From an uncultured Salinivenus sp. (GTDB taxonomy: Bacteria > Bacteroidota > Rhodothermia > Rhodothermales > Salinibacteraceae), in NCBI GenBank assembly GCA_964384855.1, contig CAYLMT010000001.1, positions 1 through 51,389 of the forward strand: a DNA stretch of 51,389 bases. Direction: 5' to 3'. A program made the position numbers and the translations under genes. The notes below the pieces were generated by a model. That model saw only the letters and a list, made by a program, of their open reading frames with translations. It was not told where the DNA came from and searched no databases. This document shows positions 28,207 to 38,711 of the stretch, in pieces (positions within the stretch are counted from its first letter, which is position 1; the number at the start of each line of letters is the position of its first letter).

Positions 28207-28890
28207 CTACGTTCCCAGGCCTTGTTGCGCTTTAACGCGATCTACGACAAAGTCAACCTGCTCCCCGATCGTAGAATCGGTCGTGTCGAGGATAACGGCA
28301 TCGTCGGCGCGGCGGAGGGGCGCGATGTCTCGGGTCCGATCCTGTCGATCGCGCTGCTCGATCTCGGCGCGGACCTCGTCGAAAGTAACCTCCTCACCCG
28401 CGTCCTCATACTCCTGAAGCCGACGCCGGGCCCGCTCGTCGATGTCGGCCACCATAAAAATCTTGACGGGGGCCTCCGGAAAGACCACAGTACCCGTATC
28501 GCGTCCGTCCAGCACTACGCCGCCGTGTCGATCGGCCTGCTCACGCCCGATTCGGCGCTGCTGCTCCACCATGTATTCCCGAACCGGTGCAAGCGTCGAG
28601 ATGTCGCTCACGATGCGTCCGACCTCGGCGGTTCGTATGCGATCGGTCACCTCTTCGTCTCCGAGAAAGACCTGCATCGCGTCGTCCCGATACTGTACGT
28701 CGACCTCCAGGCTCGGAAGCACCGCTTCCGCCCCCGAAAGCGTAGCGGGGGCGTCGTCGCGCAAGAAGCCCAGGGCCACGGCCCGGTACATGGCGCCCGT
28801 GTCCAAGTACACGTAGTCGAGCCGGGCGGCTGCACGGCGAGCCGTCGTGCTCTTTCCGGAGCCGGCAGGGCCGTCGATGGTGACAATCAC
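28207..28890 (-). CDS. cmk: Cytidylate kinase
   Basis: IDGPAGSGKST, LDTGAMYR, VLDGRDTGTVVFP, RDRQDRTR..APL. Confidence 0.97.
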   Translation of the reverse strand: MIVTIDGPAGSGKSTTARRAAARLDYVYLDTGAMYRAVALGFLRDDAPATLSGAEAVLPSLEVDVQYRDDAMQVFLGDEEVTDRIRTAEVGRIVSDISTLAPVREYMVEQQRRIGREQADRHGGVVLDGRDTGTVVFPEAPVKIFMVADIDERARRRLQEYEDAGEEVTFDEVRAEIEQRDRQDRTRDIAPLRRADDAVILDTTDSTIGEQVDFVVDRVKAQQGLGT

Positions 28891-28937
28891 GTCAGCGGAC
28901 TCTCAGTGAATAACGATCAGCATAGCGAAGAGCACGG

Positions 28938-29552
28938 CTACGGCTGCGGGGTGCCACTCCCAACGTCCTTGCTCACGACCGTAATGGGAGAGGGGTACTG
29001 AAACGGACCCAGTCTCGTGTTGACGGTTGGCTGCACCCGTAGCTTGAGGGTCTGCGGCGGCGCGTCGCCCCTGATGGCCGCGGCCAGGTCCACAAGCCCC
29101 TGCAGATTGTCCTCGAAAAACCGAACGAGGTCAAGCTCCACGTCAAACGACACGTCTTTGGGCTCCCCGGGCGGCAACACCACCTCCTGATCGAACCGAC
29201 CCGAGACCGTTTCCTTGTCCTCCAGCAAGAGAGTCCAGTCCATCTGGGTGAGCCGGGCGTTGACGCTGTTCGAGGACGGATTCTCGGCGTCCAGGTGAAG
29301 GGTAAAGGACAGCGGAAGAGTCCCATTGGAGAGGGCCGAGCCCAATCGGAGTACGTCGGTGGCACGAAGGTCCTCGTAGGACTGAACCCTGGACAGGTCC
29401 ACGCCCGCTAATCGGGACTGCGCCACCCGATCGATCGCAAATTGGACCTTGCGTAGATTGGCGACCTCTCGGACCGCCGTGCACCCGGTGAGGACCGGCA
29501 GGAGAAGACCGAAGGCAAGTATCAGGGCCCAACTGGAGCGTGAAAAGAGCAT
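28938..29552 (-). CDS. Putative lipoprotein with a LEA_2/WHy-like fold
   Basis: Signal peptide with lipobox LTG-C, then LHLDAENP..ARLTQMDWTLLLED..SG..VVLPPG, typical of LEA_2-like domains. ATG at 29552; the longer ORF start overlaps the divergent gene. Confidence 0.7.
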   Translation of the reverse strand: MLFSRSSWALILAFGLLLPVLTGCTAVREVANLRKVQFAIDRVAQSRLAGVDLSRVQSYEDLRATDVLRLGSALSNGTLPLSFTLHLDAENPSSNSVNARLTQMDWTLLLEDKETVSGRFDQEVVLPPGEPKDVSFDVELDLVRFFEDNLQGLVDLAAAIRGDAPPQTLKLRVQPTVNTRLGPFQYPSPITVVSKDVGSGTPQP

Positions 29553-29666
29553 AGAACCAAACCTGTCGGAACAGCGCCCGAAAAGAAACAGGGCTTTGCA
29601 CAGTGAATTCAGGGGAGAGATAGAGTGCCCGTCCTCCCTAGGACAAACCTCTCGACCAATTGCCTG

Positions 29667-30230
29667 ATGCGCAAGCTTAGTTGGGATGAAATTGAGCGGC
29701 CTGCACCGGAAGTAGTCTCCTCTCTTCCAAAGCATCCCGTCCGGCTCGTCGTGCACAACGTGCGGTCGATCCACAATGTCGGATCGATGTTTCGGACCTC
29801 CGACGCCGCCCGAATCGAGCACATCCACCTTACCGGCTTTACCGGAACCCCGGAGCACAAAGACCTCCACAAGACGGCCCTCGGCGCGCAGGACACCGTA
29901 GAGTGGAGTCAGCACGACGAGGCAATTCCCCTCCTCCACGACCTAAAAGACGCTGGCTACACCATCGCGGTCCTCGAACAAACGGACCAGACGCGTCCCC
30001 CCGATGCAGTGGAGGCCAATGCCTTCCCCCTCGCTCTCGTCGTTGGAAACGAGGTCCGGGGAGTCGAAACTGATGTGCTTCATGCGGCCGACCTCGCTCT
30101 GGAGATTCCCCAATACGGTGCCAAAATCTCGCTGAACGTCGGCGTGGCCTACGGGATCGCGGTCTACGACCTGATCCGCCGCTCGCGCACGCTACTCGGA
30201 CCGCCCGGAGACGAAGATCGTATGCAGTAG
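29667..30230 (+). CDS. TrmH/SpoU-family RNA 2'-O-methyltransferase
   Basis: NVRSIHNVGSMFRTSDA, KTALGA, VVGNEVRGV and EIPQYGAKISLNV (SPOUT knot motifs). Confidence 0.92.
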   Translation: MRKLSWDEIERPAPEVVSSLPKHPVRLVVHNVRSIHNVGSMFRTSDAARIEHIHLTGFTGTPEHKDLHKTALGAQDTVEWSQHDEAIPLLHDLKDAGYTIAVLEQTDQTRPPDAVEANAFPLALVVGNEVRGVETDVLHAADLALEIPQYGAKISLNVGVAYGIAVYDLIRRSRTLLGPPGDEDRMQ

Positions 30231-30294
30231 TGATGGACGATACACATCGTGTCCTGCCCGTCATTTCCTATTTCGCCGAGTGACCGTTCAGGCC

Positions 30295-32313
30295 ATGTCC
30301 GAGACGGACGCGTCTCCGCCGCTCTTCGACGAGTTCGACGCGGTTGAGCCCGCAGAGTGGCGGGAGCGCGTGCGGTCGGATCTCGGAGGAGCGTCCCCGG
30401 AGTCGTTTTTGGAATGGACCTCCATGGAAGGGGTCTCCCTTTCCGCCTACCTCACTTCCGAAGCCGTGGAGGAGGCACTCCACGCCGATCCCGAGGCGAC
30501 CGTCCCCCCCCTGGCCGAATCCAAAGAGGCTCCGGCCAATGCTTGGACCGTCTGCCAGACGATCCGGCATCCCGACCTGGAGGAGGCAAACGAGCACGCT
30601 CAGACTGCGGTGGAGGGAGGCGCCGAGGCCCTTGAGGTAAACGCTTCACCCGTGCACTCAGATGGATTCGCACTCGCCCTCCACTCGAAATCTGATCTCG
30701 CCCAAGTCCTTGACGGGATCGATCTGACGAAGACAGTTCTGCACCTTACTGGCGGGCCGTCCGTCCCCGCACTCTTTGGATTGCTCCGAGAGCACCTCTC
30801 GGAAGAGAACATCGCCGCCGACGCCCTCGGCGGATCGGCTCTGTACGACCCCGTTACGGCCCTGGCGTCGGGAGCCGACCCGGCCCGATCGTTTCTCCTT
30901 GCGGACGACCTCGTGGCGGAGGCTACGGAAATGCCCCACTTCCGAACTGTGACCGTAGACACCAGCGTCTATCACGACGCGGGAGCGTCGGCCGTTCAGG
31001 AGTTGGCGTGCGCACTGGGCGCCCTCACCGAACGCCTGGCCCGAAGCACCGACCGAGGCCTCCCGCTCCGCGACCTTCTCGCCCCCCTTCAGATCCGAGT
31101 CCCCATCTCGACCTCCTATTTCGTCGAGATGGCCAAGCTCCGGGCCCTCCGCCTACTCGTACCGCAGGTCATCGACGCCTTCGCGTGGGAGGCCGGTGTA
31201 GCTCACCACGCTGGTCCCACCAACCTTTTCATCCACGCCACGACCTCCCAGCGCACGGAGACGATCTACGACCCGTACGCGAATATGCTGCGAGCCACCA
31301 CCGAGGCAATGGCCGCAGTGCTCGGGGGCTGCGATGTGCTGACGATTCGGCCGTACGACGCCGCCCTGCGCCCACCCGACGAGTTCGGCCTCCGCATCGC
31401 TCGCAATACACAGCTCATTCTACGCCACGAAGCGTATTTCGAACAAGTAGCCGATCCGGCCGCCGGATCGTACTATATCGAAACCCTGACCGACCAACTT
31501 GCCCAACAGGCCTGGGCTCAGTTCCAGGACCTCGAGGCGGAAGGCGGGATTGTCGAGACCCTCCGTACCGGCAGCCTGCAGGATCAACTTGCCGATACGC
31601 GTCAGAAACGTCGCAAGGCCCTCGACGAGCGGGATCAGGTCCTCGTGGGAACCACGCATTATCCCGCCCTCGACGAACGGCGTCGGGAGAACGTAGCGTC
31701 CCCTGCGACTTTGTCCACGAACGGCGAATCGCCGCCCTCTTTTGATGCTTCGTCGATTGAAGCGATCCGAGCGGCGCTTCGGGAGGGGACAACACTTCCG
31801 GAGGTCGCGTCGGCCGTCTTGTCGGAATCGACGGACATCGATCCACTCCCTCGCATCCGATTGGCCGAAGAAATCGAGTCGATCCGCCTCCGCACCGACG
31901 CCTACGCCGAACATCACGACGGACCGCCTCAGTTCCTGCTCGCCCCGATCGGTCCACCCGCCGTCCGGAGCGCCCGCGCTACGTTCGCCCGCAACTTTTT
32001 GGGCGTGGCGGGTTTTGCGATCGAAGAGCCGCTCAAGTTTGACTCGGTCGACGCGGTGGCTGACAGAGCAGTCGAGGAGGAGACCGACGCGGTCGTTCTT
32101 TGTAGTGCCAATGCCGAGTACGCCGACCTTGCTCCGGCCCTCGCTTCTGCGCTGAACAAACGAAACCGTAAGGCCCTCGTCGGCATCGCCGGCGCCCCCG
32201 ACGACATTGAGGCTGGGGGCGTTGCGGATTTCTTCCTCCACCAAGGCAGCCCCCTTCAGTCAACCCTTCTTCAGCTCCAGGCGCTTCTGGGCATCCCGAC
32301 GGACGATGCCTGA
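30295..32313 (+). CDS. mutA: Methylmalonyl-CoA mutase small (non-catalytic) subunit
   Basis: [47 protein letters not shown] and ARATFARNF. Lacks the DxHxxG B12 ligand motif and precedes the large subunit. Confidence 0.9.
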   Translation: MSETDASPPLFDEFDAVEPAEWRERVRSDLGGASPESFLEWTSMEGVSLSAYLTSEAVEEALHADPEATVPPLAESKEAPANAWTVCQTIRHPDLEEANEHAQTAVEGGAEALEVNASPVHSDGFALALHSKSDLAQVLDGIDLTKTVLHLTGGPSVPALFGLLREHLSEENIAADALGGSALYDPVTALASGADPARSFLLADDLVAEATEMPHFRTVTVDTSVYHDAGASAVQELACALGALTERLARSTDRGLPLRDLLAPLQIRVPISTSYFVEMAKLRALRLLVPQVIDAFAWEAGVAHHAGPTNLFIHATTSQRTETIYDPYANMLRATTEAMAAVLGGCDVLTIRPYDAALRPPDEFGLRIARNTQLILRHEAYFEQVADPAAGSYYIETLTDQLAQQAWAQFQDLEAEGGIVETLRTGSLQDQLADTRQKRRKALDERDQVLVGTTHYPALDERRRENVASPATLSTNGESPPSFDASSIEAIRAALREGTTLPEVASAVLSESTDIDPLPRIRLAEEIESIRLRTDAYAEHHDGPPQFLLAPIGPPAVRSARATFARNFLGVAGFAIEEPLKFDSVDAVADRAVEEETDAVVLCSANAEYADLAPALASALNKRNRKALVGIAGAPDDIEAGGVADFFLHQGSPLQSTLLQLQALLGIPTDDA

Positions 32314-32360
32314 CGATCCACGCCGTCCCCCCACCGTACAGACGCCGATATAGAACCGCC

Positions 32361-34514
32361 ATGCGACCGGATTTCTCTGACATTCAATACGATCCCCCGC
32401 GTGAGGGCGAGGCGGTGCCGACGGACGACGCGACGTGGTCAACCCCCGAGCGGATCGACGGCGAGCCAATCTACGGCCCAGATGCGCTCGACGACCTCGA
32501 TCACCTTGACTTCGATTCGGGCATTCCCCCCTATCTCCGCGGCCCGTATACGACCATGTACAAATATCGGCCGTGGACCATCCGGCAGTACGCCGGGTTC
32601 TCGACGGCGGAGGAGTCCAACGAGTTCTACCGTGAGGCCCTTGCGTCCGGCCAGAAAGGTCTCTCGGTAGCCTTCGACCTCGCAACGCACCGGGGCTACG
32701 ACTCCGACCACGAGCGGGTGCGGGGTGATGTGGGCAAGGCCGGGGTGGCCATCGACACCGTCGAGGACATGAAACGCCTATTCGAAGGCATTCCACTGGG
32801 CGACGTGTCGGTATCGATGACGATGAACGGGGCTGTGCTTCCCGTCATGGCCTTCTACATCGTCGCCGCGGAGGAACAGGGCGTCGCCCACGAGGCATTG
32901 GCGGGCACCATTCAAAACGACATCCTGAAGGAGTTTATGGTGCGCAACACCTATATCTACCCGCCGCAGCCCTCCATGCGTATTGTGGGGGAAATTTTCG
33001 CCTACTGCGCCGAGGAGATGCCGAAATTCAACGCCATCTCGGTTAGCGGCTATCACATGCACGAGGCGGGGGCCCCGGCCGACCTCGAACTCGCCTACAC
33101 ACTGGCCGACGGCCTGGAGTATCTGCGCACGGGGCTCGACGCCGGGCTCGACATTGACGACTTTGCCCCGCGGGTGTCCTTCTTCTGGGCCGTCGGCATG
33201 AACCATTTCATGGAGATCGCCAAAATGCGGGCCGGACGTCTACTGTGGGCGAAGCTCGTGAAGCAATTCGATCCGGACAACCCAAAGTCGATGGCCCTGC
33301 GCACCCACTGCCAGACCTCCGGCTACAGCCTCGCCGAGCAGGATCCGTTCAACAATGTGCCGCGCACCACCGTCGAAGCGATGGCCGCGGCGTTTGGTGG
33401 CACTCAGTCGCTCCACACCAACGCGCTAGACGAGGCCATCGCATTGCCGAGCGAATTTGCCGCCCGTATTGCCCGCAACACGCAGCTCTACCTGCAGGAA
33501 GAGACCGACATTACGGAGTCCATTGATCCGTGGGCCGGTTCTTACTACGTGGAGCACCTGACCGGCGCGCTGGCCCGGCGAGCGTGGACGTTGATTCGGG
33601 AAGTGGAAGACGAGGGCGGCATGACGCGCGCGATCGAGCAGGGCCTACCGAAACGCAAGATTGAGGAGGCCGCCGCTCGGAAGCAGGCCCGAATCGACAC
33701 GGGGAAAGAGACGATCGTCGGTGTCAACGCATACCAAACGGACTCCGACGAGCCGATCGAGCGGCTCGAAGTGGACAATGAAGCCGTCCGACGCGCGCAG
33801 CTCCAGCGTCTCGATCGCATCAAGGAAGAGCGGGACGACACCGCGGTTCGGGACGCGCTTGGTGCCTTGCGAGAGAGTGCCGAAACGGGCGACGGCAACC
33901 TGCTGGCGCGGGCCGTGGACGCAGCCCGCAAGCGAGCCACCCTCGGGGAAATCTCCGCGGTCCTCGAAGACGTGTTCGGCCGCCACACGGCACGGACAGA
34001 GACCATCTCGGGGGTGTATGCCTCGGAGGCCGACAAAAACGAGTACTTCCATGCGGCCCGCGACCGGGCCGATCAGTTCGCTGCGGCCGCCGGTCGACGC
34101 CCCCGGATCATGGTCGCCAAGATGGGGCAGGACGGGCACGACCGGGGGGCAAAAGTCATCGCTACTTCGTTTGCCGACATGGGTTTTGACGTGGACGTGG
34201 GCCCCCTCTTCCAAACGCCCGACGAGGTGGCACGCCAGGCGATCGAGAACGACGTCCACATTCTCGGCATCTCCAGCCTCGCCGGGGGACACAAGACGCT
34301 CGTGCCGGAAGTCATCGACGCACTGAGGCAGTACGGGCGTGACGACATTCTGGTGGTGGTCGGTGGTGTCATTCCACACGACGACTACGAGACGCTCTAC
34401 GACCAGGGCGTGGCCGCCATTTTTGGCCCCGGCACCAATATTGCAGAAGCCGCGACTCAGATCCTCGACGTGCTGCTCGACCGCTTCGAAGAAGAGGCTC
34501 CCATCGAGACGTAA
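32361..34514 (+). CDS. mutB: Methylmalonyl-CoA mutase large (catalytic, B12-binding) subunit
   Basis: [48 protein letters not shown] and the DGHDRG B12-binding motif. Confidence 0.97.
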   Translation: MRPDFSDIQYDPPREGEAVPTDDATWSTPERIDGEPIYGPDALDDLDHLDFDSGIPPYLRGPYTTMYKYRPWTIRQYAGFSTAEESNEFYREALASGQKGLSVAFDLATHRGYDSDHERVRGDVGKAGVAIDTVEDMKRLFEGIPLGDVSVSMTMNGAVLPVMAFYIVAAEEQGVAHEALAGTIQNDILKEFMVRNTYIYPPQPSMRIVGEIFAYCAEEMPKFNAISVSGYHMHEAGAPADLELAYTLADGLEYLRTGLDAGLDIDDFAPRVSFFWAVGMNHFMEIAKMRAGRLLWAKLVKQFDPDNPKSMALRTHCQTSGYSLAEQDPFNNVPRTTVEAMAAAFGGTQSLHTNALDEAIALPSEFAARIARNTQLYLQEETDITESIDPWAGSYYVEHLTGALARRAWTLIREVEDEGGMTRAIEQGLPKRKIEEAAARKQARIDTGKETIVGVNAYQTDSDEPIERLEVDNEAVRRAQLQRLDRIKEERDDTAVRDALGALRESAETGDGNLLARAVDAARKRATLGEISAVLEDVFGRHTARTETISGVYASEADKNEYFHAARDRADQFAAAAGRRPRIMVAKMGQDGHDRGAKVIATSFADMGFDVDVGPLFQTPDEVARQAIENDVHILGISSLAGGHKTLVPEVIDALRQYGRDDILVVVGGVIPHDDYETLYDQGVAAIFGPGTNIAEAATQILDVLLDRFEEEAPIET

Positions 34515-34607
34515 GGCTCCTCCCTCCTCTCCATCGCTCCGGGCCTCCGCTGGCCCCGTCGTTCTCCGCTCCGTCGTTCGCACCGCTGGATACATCCCTT
34601 CCCACCC

Positions 34608-35645
34608 GTGGCCCCGCTGAACCCCGATCTCCATGACCAGACCACGTCGAGGCGGCCTCTGTCCCGTTCTGCCGATGAGTACGTGAGCGGCATCCTCGAC
34701 GGGGACCGCGTGACACTGAGCCAGGCCATCACCCTCCTGGAAAGCACCCGACCGGACCACCGCGAGACAGCCCGGGCGGTCGTGGAGGAGTGCCTTCCCC
34801 ATAGCGGAGACTCGATTCGGGTGGCCGTCACGGGCGTGCCCGGCGTCGGCAAGAGCACGTTCATCGAAACCCTGGGGCAGCGGCTCGTGTCGGAGGACCA
34901 CCGCCTCGCCGTTTTGACGGTCGACCCCAGCAGTGAGCGGTCGAAGGGCAGCATCCTCGGTGACAAGACCCGAATGGGGGCCTTGGCCTCCGAAGAAAAT
35001 GCCTTCATCCGTCCCTCCCCCACCGCCGGCACCCTCGGTGGCGTGGCGCCCCGGACCCGCGAGGCAATCCTGCTGTGCGAGGCCGCCGGGTACGACACCG
35101 TATTCGTCGAGACGGTCGGGGTTGGTCAGTCGGAAATCAGCGTGCGCTCAATGGTCGACTTTTTTCTGCTCCTGGCCCTGGCCGGCGCCGGCGACGAGCT
35201 GCAAGGCATCAAACGTGGCATCGTAGAGGTGGCCGATGCCATCGCCGTCACAAAGGCGGACGGGGACAATCAAGAGCCGGCCGAGGTGGCCCGAGCCGAA
35301 TACGAAAAGGCACTGCGCCTTCTGTCGGATCCAACGTCCGGGTGGGAGCCCCCCGTGCTCACGTGTTCGGCGCAGACCGGCGCAGGTATCGATGAAGTGT
35401 GGAGCGCTGTGGAGCGTTATCGTACCTACACGCAGGAAACGGGCTTTTTCGAGGAGCAGCGCCGCCGACAAGCGCAGCACTGGATGGAGCATGCCATAAA
35501 ACAACAGCTGCGCGAGGATTTCTTTTCCAACTCCGAGGTCCAGGCAGCCCAGAAGAAGGTGGAGAAGGCGGTCCAGGAAGGGCGCCTCAGTTCCCTGGCC
35601 GCCGCTGAGCAATTGCTGTCGGTCTACCGAGATGCGACGAACTGA
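34608..35645 (+). CDS. meaB: Methylmalonyl-CoA mutase-associated GTPase
   Basis: TGVPGVGKST, VDPSS..GSILGDKTRM, ETVGVGQSE, GDELQGIKRG. Confidence 0.95.
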   Translation: MAPLNPDLHDQTTSRRPLSRSADEYVSGILDGDRVTLSQAITLLESTRPDHRETARAVVEECLPHSGDSIRVAVTGVPGVGKSTFIETLGQRLVSEDHRLAVLTVDPSSERSKGSILGDKTRMGALASEENAFIRPSPTAGTLGGVAPRTREAILLCEAAGYDTVFVETVGVGQSEISVRSMVDFFLLLALAGAGDELQGIKRGIVEVADAIAVTKADGDNQEPAEVARAEYEKALRLLSDPTSGWEPPVLTCSAQTGAGIDEVWSAVERYRTYTQETGFFEEQRRRQAQHWMEHAIKQQLREDFFSNSEVQAAQKKVEKAVQEGRLSSLAAAEQLLSVYRDATN

Positions 35646-35742
35646 CGTCCGGAGAGCCCATCCCACTGGAACGAATACATCACCCAATCTTAACACTCAC
35701 AAAGGTATTTTGGGTTTTTTGGGGTGTTTCGGCCCCTCGGTC

Positions 35743-36243
35743 ATGCCTCGGTCTAGCCGCATCCGGGTACTGCTTCTTTTCCTGTTCGGAGCGGGATTCG
35801 TGGGGGCGTGCACCTCTTCTCAGTCGACCCAGGACGAAGCGGCGGCCCGAGCCGCAGTGGTGGGTACCTGGGCGTATGAGGTCGAAGGCTTTGCTCCCCT
35901 CAATCAAGGACGGTTCCACATCACCATTCAAGACGGGGAGCTGCAAGGAATTGTCCGGGATCGGCGTCTCGGCCGGTTGCACGCCCGCGTCCAAATACAC
36001 GACTCTCGTCTGGAGCTCGCACTCGACGACCTTCGCATTTCCGGATACATCGAAGACGATCAGTTCACCGGCTTTCTTCGTCGCTCCCAATGGGACGTGA
36101 CGGCCCGGCGTCAGACCCGCACCCGATCACAGTTCCGCTCTGCCTCCCTATTTGCCCGCCGCATCCGAAGTGCCTCGGCAGTGGACAAGCCAAAGGCACT
36201 GGAGTGTCGGTCCCTCTTGTGGGAAGCTAATGGCTGCGACTGA
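35743..36243 (+). CDS. Hypothetical lipoprotein
   Basis: ATG 35743 gives a basic N-terminus, hydrophobic core and VGA-C lipobox, then a VVGTWAYEV beta-rich domain. Confidence 0.65.
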   Translation: MPRSSRIRVLLLFLFGAGFVGACTSSQSTQDEAAARAAVVGTWAYEVEGFAPLNQGRFHITIQDGELQGIVRDRRLGRLHARVQIHDSRLELALDDLRISGYIEDDQFTGFLRRSQWDVTARRQTRTRSQFRSASLFARRIRSASAVDKPKALECRSLLWEANGCD

Positions 36244-36337
36244 TCCTCATGGAATCGTGGATCTTTCGGGAAGCCCCTGACTTTCAATAGTCTGATGATT
36301 TTCGAGAAGTGCCCCGCACCAAGTCTTTCTTCCCCCT

Positions 36338-38704
36338 GTGAGCACGTCGGATTCCTCGGCCGAACGCCCGCGCGACAACTTTATTTACGACATCATCGAT
36401 GAGGACCTCGACCAGGGGACCTATGGCGACCGAGTCGTGACCCGGTTCCCTCCCGAGCCGAACGGCTACCTCCACATCGGGCATGCCAAGTCCATTGTCC
36501 TCAACTTTGGCATCAAGCACGATTACGCCGACCGAGCCGACACGCGCTGCCACCTCCGCTTCGACGACACGAACCCCGAGACCGAAAGCACCGAGTATGT
36601 CGAGTCGATCAAGGACGCGGTCCATTGGCTCGGGTACGACTGGGAAGAACACGAATACTACGCCTCCGACTACTTCGAGCAGTTCTACGAGTACGCGATC
36701 AAGCTCATCAAGCAGGGCGACGCGTACGTCGACAGTCTCAGTGAGGAAGAAATCCGCGAGTATCGCGGGACGGTGGACGAACCTGGAAAACCGTCCCCGT
36801 ACCGCGACCGCTCCGTCGAAGAAAACCTGGAGCTCTTTCGCAAGATGAAGGCGGGGGCCTTCGAGGACGGTGAGCACGTGCTGCGGGCGAAGATCGACAT
36901 GAGCTCACCGCACATGATTATGCGGGACCCCCTCCTCTTCCGTATCAAGCACGCGCACCACTACCGGCGGGGGGACGAGTGGTGCATCTACCCGATGTAC
37001 GACTACGCCCACCCGTTGGAGGATGCGATCGAGGACGTTACCCATTCGCTCTGCACGCTGGAGTTCGACAACAACCGGCGCGTGTACGACTGGGTGATGG
37101 AGCACTGCCTGGACGAGGACGAAATTCCGTCCCGTCCCCGGCAGTACGAGTTCAACCGGCTCAACCTCGGGTACACGGTGATGAGTAAAACCAAGCTCCG
37201 TCACCTGATCGAGAAGGACCTCGTGGGAGGCTGGGATGATCCGCGCCTTCCCACGATCTCCGGACTTCGACGCCGAGGCGTGCCCCCGAGCGCCATCCGC
37301 TCCTTCTGTCGAAAGGTGGGCGTTACGCGATCGCAGAGCCGCGTGCAGATCGGTCACTTCGAACACGCCCTCCGCGACGACCTGAAGTCGAAGGCCCCGC
37401 GGGTGATGGCCGTGCTCGATCCGTTAAAGGTGGTTACCACAAACGTAGAGGAAGGTGAGGTCGACTGGATCGATGCCAACCACTGGCCGCGCGACATTGA
37501 CAAGGACGAGACGCGACCGGTGCCCTTCACCCGCGAGTTTTACATCGAGCGGGACGACTTCCGCGAGGATCCCCCGGACGATTTCATCCGACTGGCCCCG
37601 GGCCGCGAGGTGCGCCTCCGGCACGGCTACTTCTTCACCTGCGAGGAGGTGGTGCGGGACGAAGACGGCACCGTTACGGAGCTCCGCGGCACGATCGACC
37701 CCCACACGCGTGGGGGTACCGCCCCGGACGGTCGCTCGCCGGAGGGCACGCTGCATTGGGTGTCCGCCGCCCATGGGGTCCCGTTCGAGGCGCGGCTTTA
37801 CGACCGCCTCTTCGAAGTCCCCGATCCCGACGCCCGCGAGGCGCACTTCACCGAATTTCTGAACCCGGACTCGCTCAACATCCGGCAGGGCGTGTTGGAG
37901 CCTGCCGTCCGCGAGTTGGACGCCGACCAGCGGGTGCAGTTCGAGCGGCAGGGCTACTTCTGGCCGGACCCTGAAGATTCCCGGCCCGACGCGCTCGTGT
38001 ATAATCAGATCGTGCCCCTCCGCGATACCTGGTCCCGACAGCAGTCGGGAGAGGAGGGGCTCACTCAGGAGGAACTTGAACGGCGACGACGGGAGAAAGA
38101 GCAGCGCAAACAGAAACAGCGACAGCGCTCGCTCGAAGGCAAGACCGACCCCGTTGAATACCTCGACGAGGCCCAGCGGGACCGGTTCGAACGCTTCCAC
38201 GACGCACTGGGAATCGGCCGGGAAGACGCGGCCACCATCGCCAGTGACGACGCCCTGGCCGACTTCTTTGAGCAGGCGCTGGAGCACTACGACGCCCCAG
38301 AGCCCGTCGCCAACTGGACCGTCAATGAGCTCCTCGGCGAACTCAAGACCCGATCCGTCACGGACCTGCCGTTCGGCCCCGAGGAGTTTGCGGACCTCGT
38401 CCGCCTCGTAGACACGGAGGTCATCTCTACGCGAGGCGCCGATGAGGTCTTCGACGAGCTACTGCAAAATGGTGGCGATCCCGAGGACATCGTGGACGAG
38501 CGAGACCTGCGCCAGGTGGAAGACACCGAGACCCTTCGCCCCACCATCCAGGCCGTCCTCGACAACCATCCCGACGAAGTGGCCCGCTACCGCGACGGAA
38601 AAAAAGGCCTGATCGGCTTCTTCATGGGGCAGGTGATGGACGAGACGAACGGCGCCGCCAACCCCGAACTTGCCCGCGAACTCCTCCAGGAGGAGCTTGA
38701 ATAG
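36338..38704 (+). CDS. glnS: Glutamine--tRNA ligase with C-terminal GatB/YqeY-like domain
   Basis: TRFPPEPNGYLHIGHAKS, LRFDDTNP, THSLCTLEF, WDDPRLPT and QFERQGYF. A roughly 180-aa extension ends VARYRDGKKGLIGFFMGQVMDETNGAANP (GatB_Yqey signature). Confidence 0.97.
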   Translation: MSTSDSSAERPRDNFIYDIIDEDLDQGTYGDRVVTRFPPEPNGYLHIGHAKSIVLNFGIKHDYADRADTRCHLRFDDTNPETESTEYVESIKDAVHWLGYDWEEHEYYASDYFEQFYEYAIKLIKQGDAYVDSLSEEEIREYRGTVDEPGKPSPYRDRSVEENLELFRKMKAGAFEDGEHVLRAKIDMSSPHMIMRDPLLFRIKHAHHYRRGDEWCIYPMYDYAHPLEDAIEDVTHSLCTLEFDNNRRVYDWVMEHCLDEDEIPSRPRQYEFNRLNLGYTVMSKTKLRHLIEKDLVGGWDDPRLPTISGLRRRGVPPSAIRSFCRKVGVTRSQSRVQIGHFEHALRDDLKSKAPRVMAVLDPLKVVTTNVEEGEVDWIDANHWPRDIDKDETRPVPFTREFYIERDDFREDPPDDFIRLAPGREVRLRHGYFFTCEEVVRDEDGTVTELRGTIDPHTRGGTAPDGRSPEGTLHWVSAAHGVPFEARLYDRLFEVPDPDAREAHFTEFLNPDSLNIRQGVLEPAVRELDADQRVQFERQGYFWPDPEDSRPDALVYNQIVPLRDTWSRQQSGEEGLTQEELERRRREKEQRKQKQRQRSLEGKTDPVEYLDEAQRDRFERFHDALGIGREDAATIASDDALADFFEQALEHYDAPEPVANWTVNELLGELKTRSVTDLPFGPEEFADLVRLVDTEVISTRGADEVFDELLQNGGDPEDIVDERDLRQVEDTETLRPTIQAVLDNHPDEVARYRDGKKGLIGFFMGQVMDETNGAANPELARELLQEELE

Positions 38705-38711
38705 GGGACAC

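Noticed and set aside
30295-32313. Mutase homolog lacking the B12-binding DxHxxG motif as a possible pseudogene
   Set aside because: This is expected for the non-catalytic small subunit of heterodimeric methylmalonyl-CoA mutase.
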